From Vitrella brassicaformis CCMP3155 (Eukaryota; Protista; Chromerida): a stretch of DNA of 64,000 nucleotides. The stretch lies in the NCBI GenBank assembly GCA_001179505.1, contig CDMY01000219.1, positions 1-64,000 on the forward strand, given 5' to 3'. The notes below the pieces were generated by a model. That model ran no database searches and was not told the origin of the DNA. It saw nothing but the letters and a program-made list of their open reading frames with translations. Both the position numbers and the translations under genes were made by a program. Below, piece by piece: positions 60,709 to 64,000 of this stretch (positions are counted from its first letter, which is position 1; every line of letters begins with the position of its first letter).

Positions 60709-61080
60709 TCACATCGTAAGTTGCGAGCTCAGACCGTCGTCCGGTATCCACATATCGTCGTTTCGGTGACCACCCGGCCGTTCGGTAGTATCAAAGACCA
60801 CATTGGCGACTGCTCCTGGAGGAGCGACGTTGATTAGACATAATGGTTCGATCTCTGGGCTCGTATACAGAAACGCACCATGTTGAGCTCGTGGATCTGT
60901 CCCCTTCTCGATCACCTCAAGTGCATAAAATGTGTATGACATCGTCGGCTGACCCCATCGCTCCTTATGATCCCGTCTCAAATACTCAAGACACTTCTCC
61001 GTCGTTGACCCTCGTTTACCGAAAGATCTCATGGAAGTCGAGTGTCTGTCAGTTATTGCTTGAAATGGCCTGGTAGTTTT
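60709..61080 (-). pseudogene. GIY-YIG-like nuclease relic 2 (5' part in the gap)
   Basis: YQAI..ITDRHSTSMRSFGK is shared with relic 1 (with a frameshift). The C-terminal FYALEVIEKGTDPRAQHGAFL...LINVA aligns by eye with the GIY-YIG C-terminal LE.I....D.....E.F....N.A pattern. Confidence 0.4.
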
Positions 61081-62133
61081 TTTTGGGNNNNNNNNNNNNN
61101 NNNNNNNNNNNNNNNNNNNNNNNNNNNNNNNNNNNNNNNNNNNNNNNNNNNNNNNNNNNNNNNNNNNNNNNNNNNNNNNNNNNNNNNNNNNNNNNNNNNN
61201 NNNNNNNNNNNNNNNNNNNNNNNNNNNNNNNNNNNNNNNNNNNNNNNNNNNNNNNNNNNNNNNNNNNNNNNNNNNNNNNNNNNNNNNNNNNNNNNNNNNN
61301 NNNNNNNNNNNNNNNNNNNNNNNNNNNNNNNNNNNNNNNNNNNNNNNNNNNNNNNNNNNNNNNNNNNNNNNNNNNNNNNNNNNNNNNGATCCCTTGTCGT
61401 CGGCTGCTGTTGTCGGCCTTCATGAAGGCCGGCAGGTAGCCGACTGACCCAAGGCTGTCTTGTGTTGGCCTGAAGAGAGGGCGAAGCTGCTGATCTCCCG
61501 TGCAGCAGTGGCCGTGGCGCGGGTGTGTTCCAGCAGAGGGCAGGGGGAACGGCAACCAATGAATGGATAAGCACCCCCGCCACCATCATCGACAAGACAC
61601 ATTGTCGCAGATTCATCGCCATCTTAAGATCTCCTGTTTCTTGAGGTGCAGCGCACCACAACACTCAGCCAGAGTGCTGCAAAGCCTCTCAACGCCTCCA
61701 GGGGTGGGGTAGCTGAGAGGATCGCATTCGCAGCTCGCACTCTGTGGGAGGGAAACGATGCTCAAAAGCATGGCTGCACATCTGCTTATTCACTTAACCG
61801 ATAGTGGAAGAGATCTCGGCCATTTCATCCCCCTTCCGCCGCCATCTGTATCTCCCCAACGCATCGCTCATAGCAAGCCACGGTGGACCATTCTGGCGAC
61901 TATGGCAGCCGTCGTGGTCTCGGCTTTATTACTGCTGATAGCGCATCACCCCACACCTCCCCTCGTTGGGTCGTCTGCCGAGTTGGATGCGAAAGAGAGC
62001 GGCATCGACGCCGCATGCAGTGAGAAGGAGGTGCCCATAGGGAAGAGATAATTGACAGATGGCATCCATGCACTCGCTTGTCCAAATCGCCTCCATGAAT
62101 CTATCCATATATGCCTATGCACAAAGGGCACGC

Positions 62134-64000
62134 TCACTCATCCGATGAGCACACCCCAGCCCCGTCCGTCGCCCCAACACCACGCCATGACTGCCTCCCG
62201 CCCCTCAAACACAGGCTAGCAGCCCGCACCAATGCAACAGACAAACGAGCACGCAGCCACCCATGCACCCGCCCTCGCCCCCTATCTGACCACCCCTGCC
62301 TCGTCAACAGCTGCTCAGTCAAGCGGGTGAAGAAGTGCTCCGCCTCCCTCCCCCACACCCCATCGACGGTGACGACCAGAGGGGTGAAGGTCATGGACAG
62401 GTCCTCGCAGACGCGCACTTGCTTGTTCTTCTTTCTGCGCTCGTGCGTCGCCAGGATGAATCGCGTGGGGCGGTTGCCGTAAGAGGGAGCATCAGCGTTA
62501 GTAACGCACATGTCGAACGATGCATCCCTCTGGCGGTCCCACACACCTCGGATCACCAGGTCCGTCCTGACCCCCTCCCTCCCCTGCCCATCCCCCTCCT
62601 TCAACACCACCTCCTTGTGGACGCTCCCTGCCCCAAAGGCCATCCTGCCGACGTCGCCGATCACGTCCCGCAGCTCGTTGTGCCGCTGTATCACCAGCCC
62701 GCCCTTCGCGCAGTCCAGGGCATGGGTGAGGGTGAAGGCGGAACCACACCCTGGGCAGCTGGAGGGGAGGTTGGATGGGCGATAGCCGTAGCGAACCGCC
62801 AGGCCGTCCCGAAAAGCATCGCCGCTGAGGTCGGTCTGGTCGCTGCATGACGGCATGGCCGTGAGCCACGCGTGCGTCTTGGCCTCCTGCGCGCGCCGAG
62901 CAGCTCGTTGGCGTCCTGGGGGAAGGCGGGCGACACCGTCGTCGAAGCGCTCCTTGGCCTGTGCGTCCGCCCGCCTCTTCCCCTCGTGAATGGCCGTGTG
63001 CATCTGAAGGCGGTGGATGAACGGGTCGAAGGGCTGGTCTGGGTGGGTGCCATGCTGAATGGCGGTGGTGAGCACGTTGGTGCCCTGGACGGACGTCTCG
63101 TACGCCTCAGCGACCCGCTCGGTCGGGTCGCGCACCCCCGTGCCGCCATGCCGCGCCGGCAGCAGCATGACCGCGGCCTCGGCATCGTCGACGGACTTGC
63201 CGCAGAGGCCGGGCAGGTACGTCGTGGCGAGTAGGTGGCGAAGAGGCTCGAAGGTCTCCTTCTCCTCGGGGATGACGCGCATGACGAAGTCCCACTCGGC
63301 CTGCAGCGACTTGGTCATGACGGCGTGGGCCTGCTGCGGGCGCTTGGTCGCGGCTCGTGCGACGTCCCTGATGCACTCCTCCCACCGCTCCACCTTCTGC
63401 TGCACGTACGCATGGCGGCCCTCCCTTGTGCCGACGTAGCCGCCCAGGTACCGGCTCCCTGTCGTAATGGTCAGCCCCTCCACCCCCTCAAACACCTCCC
63501 GCGCCCTTTCCTCCAACCCCTCTCGCACCACCAAGATGGACTTGTGTGAGTTGGGAAAGTAGCCGTACGGCGGCCCCCTCTCACCAAGCCCGTCCCACCA
63601 CTCCCTCGCCCGCTCGAGGGAGCTGCACTTAGACGAGTCGTCCGCGAACCACACCTGTGGCCCCTGCTCTGCTGGCTCCTTGAGGCTGCGGATGAGTGGC
63701 AGGGTGCCGGCGGCATACATCTGCATGGCCATCGGATCGCCCTGAGTGGTCCCCTCCTGACTCCACAGCGGCTCCTTCTCGCCCCTCAGGTAGAGCGCAG
63801 CGTGGCCCTGGTAGGTGTTGAACAGGAACCGGGACGCACGTGGCCACAGTTGCCGGGCATTCCAGAGCGCTGCAGGGCGACTGAGGGTGTTGAAGGCGTT
63901 CGTCGCGTCCCCCAGCAGCACACACTCCGCCTCCCCCTCACCACAATCAAACAGGCCGCTCACAGCGTGAATCGCCGCCTCTACGCCCCCCTTCTGGCCG
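62134..64000 (-). mobile_element. CRE-clade non-LTR retrotransposon ORF (RT + zinc finger + restriction-like endonuclease), open to the window edge
   Basis: Uninterrupted ORF of more than 609 aa: LLGDATNAFN, EGTTQGDPMAM, WFADD, GYFPN..KS, RYLGGYVG, CPGCGSAFTLTHALDC (CX2CX7HX3C), QRHNELRD, RTDL..FDMCVT..ERRK..K, FTPLVVTVDGVWG. Confidence 0.93.

Noticed and set aside
61430-62051. Short ORFs with hydrophobic segments (61758-62051 plus strand; 61053-61664 minus strand)
   Set aside because: They are short, adjacent to a gap, and have no motif or paralog support in the window.
1-64000. CRISPR array, rRNA, tRNA, or hammerhead/HDV ribozymes
   Set aside because: No repeat-spacer arrays (the tandem repeats have no unique spacers) and no rRNA or tRNA signatures seen. 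CTGATGA cores fell in coding exons or lacked the required stems. Covariance-model searches were not run, so small RNAs cannot be fully excluded.

Overview
Eukaryotic, GC-rich, intron-dense genomic DNA with many (GT)n/(GACA)n/(CCAT)n microsatellites in introns. It encodes a plastid-targeted Mg-chelatase H subunit and a centriole-related gene, which fits a photosynthetic flagellate such as the chromerid Vitrella (inference, not database-verified). Positions 1-44.2 kb are mostly host genes: FAD-dependent monooxygenase, CHLH2-type Mg-chelatase H, a LOV-like PAS protein, a large LamG-domain protein, phospholipid scramblase, CKS1-like protein, a hypothetical protein, a GARP/SHAQKYF Myb factor, a TEDC1 homolog, a band 7/HIR protein and archease. 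An inverted ~2.2 kb paralogous segment (33.7-35.9 kb vs 44.5-46.7 kb) carries a decayed secreted Cys-rich gene. Positions ~46.7-64 kb are an accessory region with five 300-N gaps. It holds a decayed Helitron (DUF6570-like/Helitron_like_N Rep, HUH motif) whose Rep appears spliced in frame to an upstream membrane protein through a 2A-like StopGo motif (GDIEPNPG/P). Nearby are virus-like orphan genes (degenerate SF3-helicase-like, beta-repeat fibre-like, two GIY-YIG-like relics), hairpins at stop codons, and two CRE-clade non-LTR retrotransposons. No rRNA, tRNA or CRISPR array was recognised. Gene models were built by eye from GT/GC-AG boundaries and motif recall, so boundaries are approximate.
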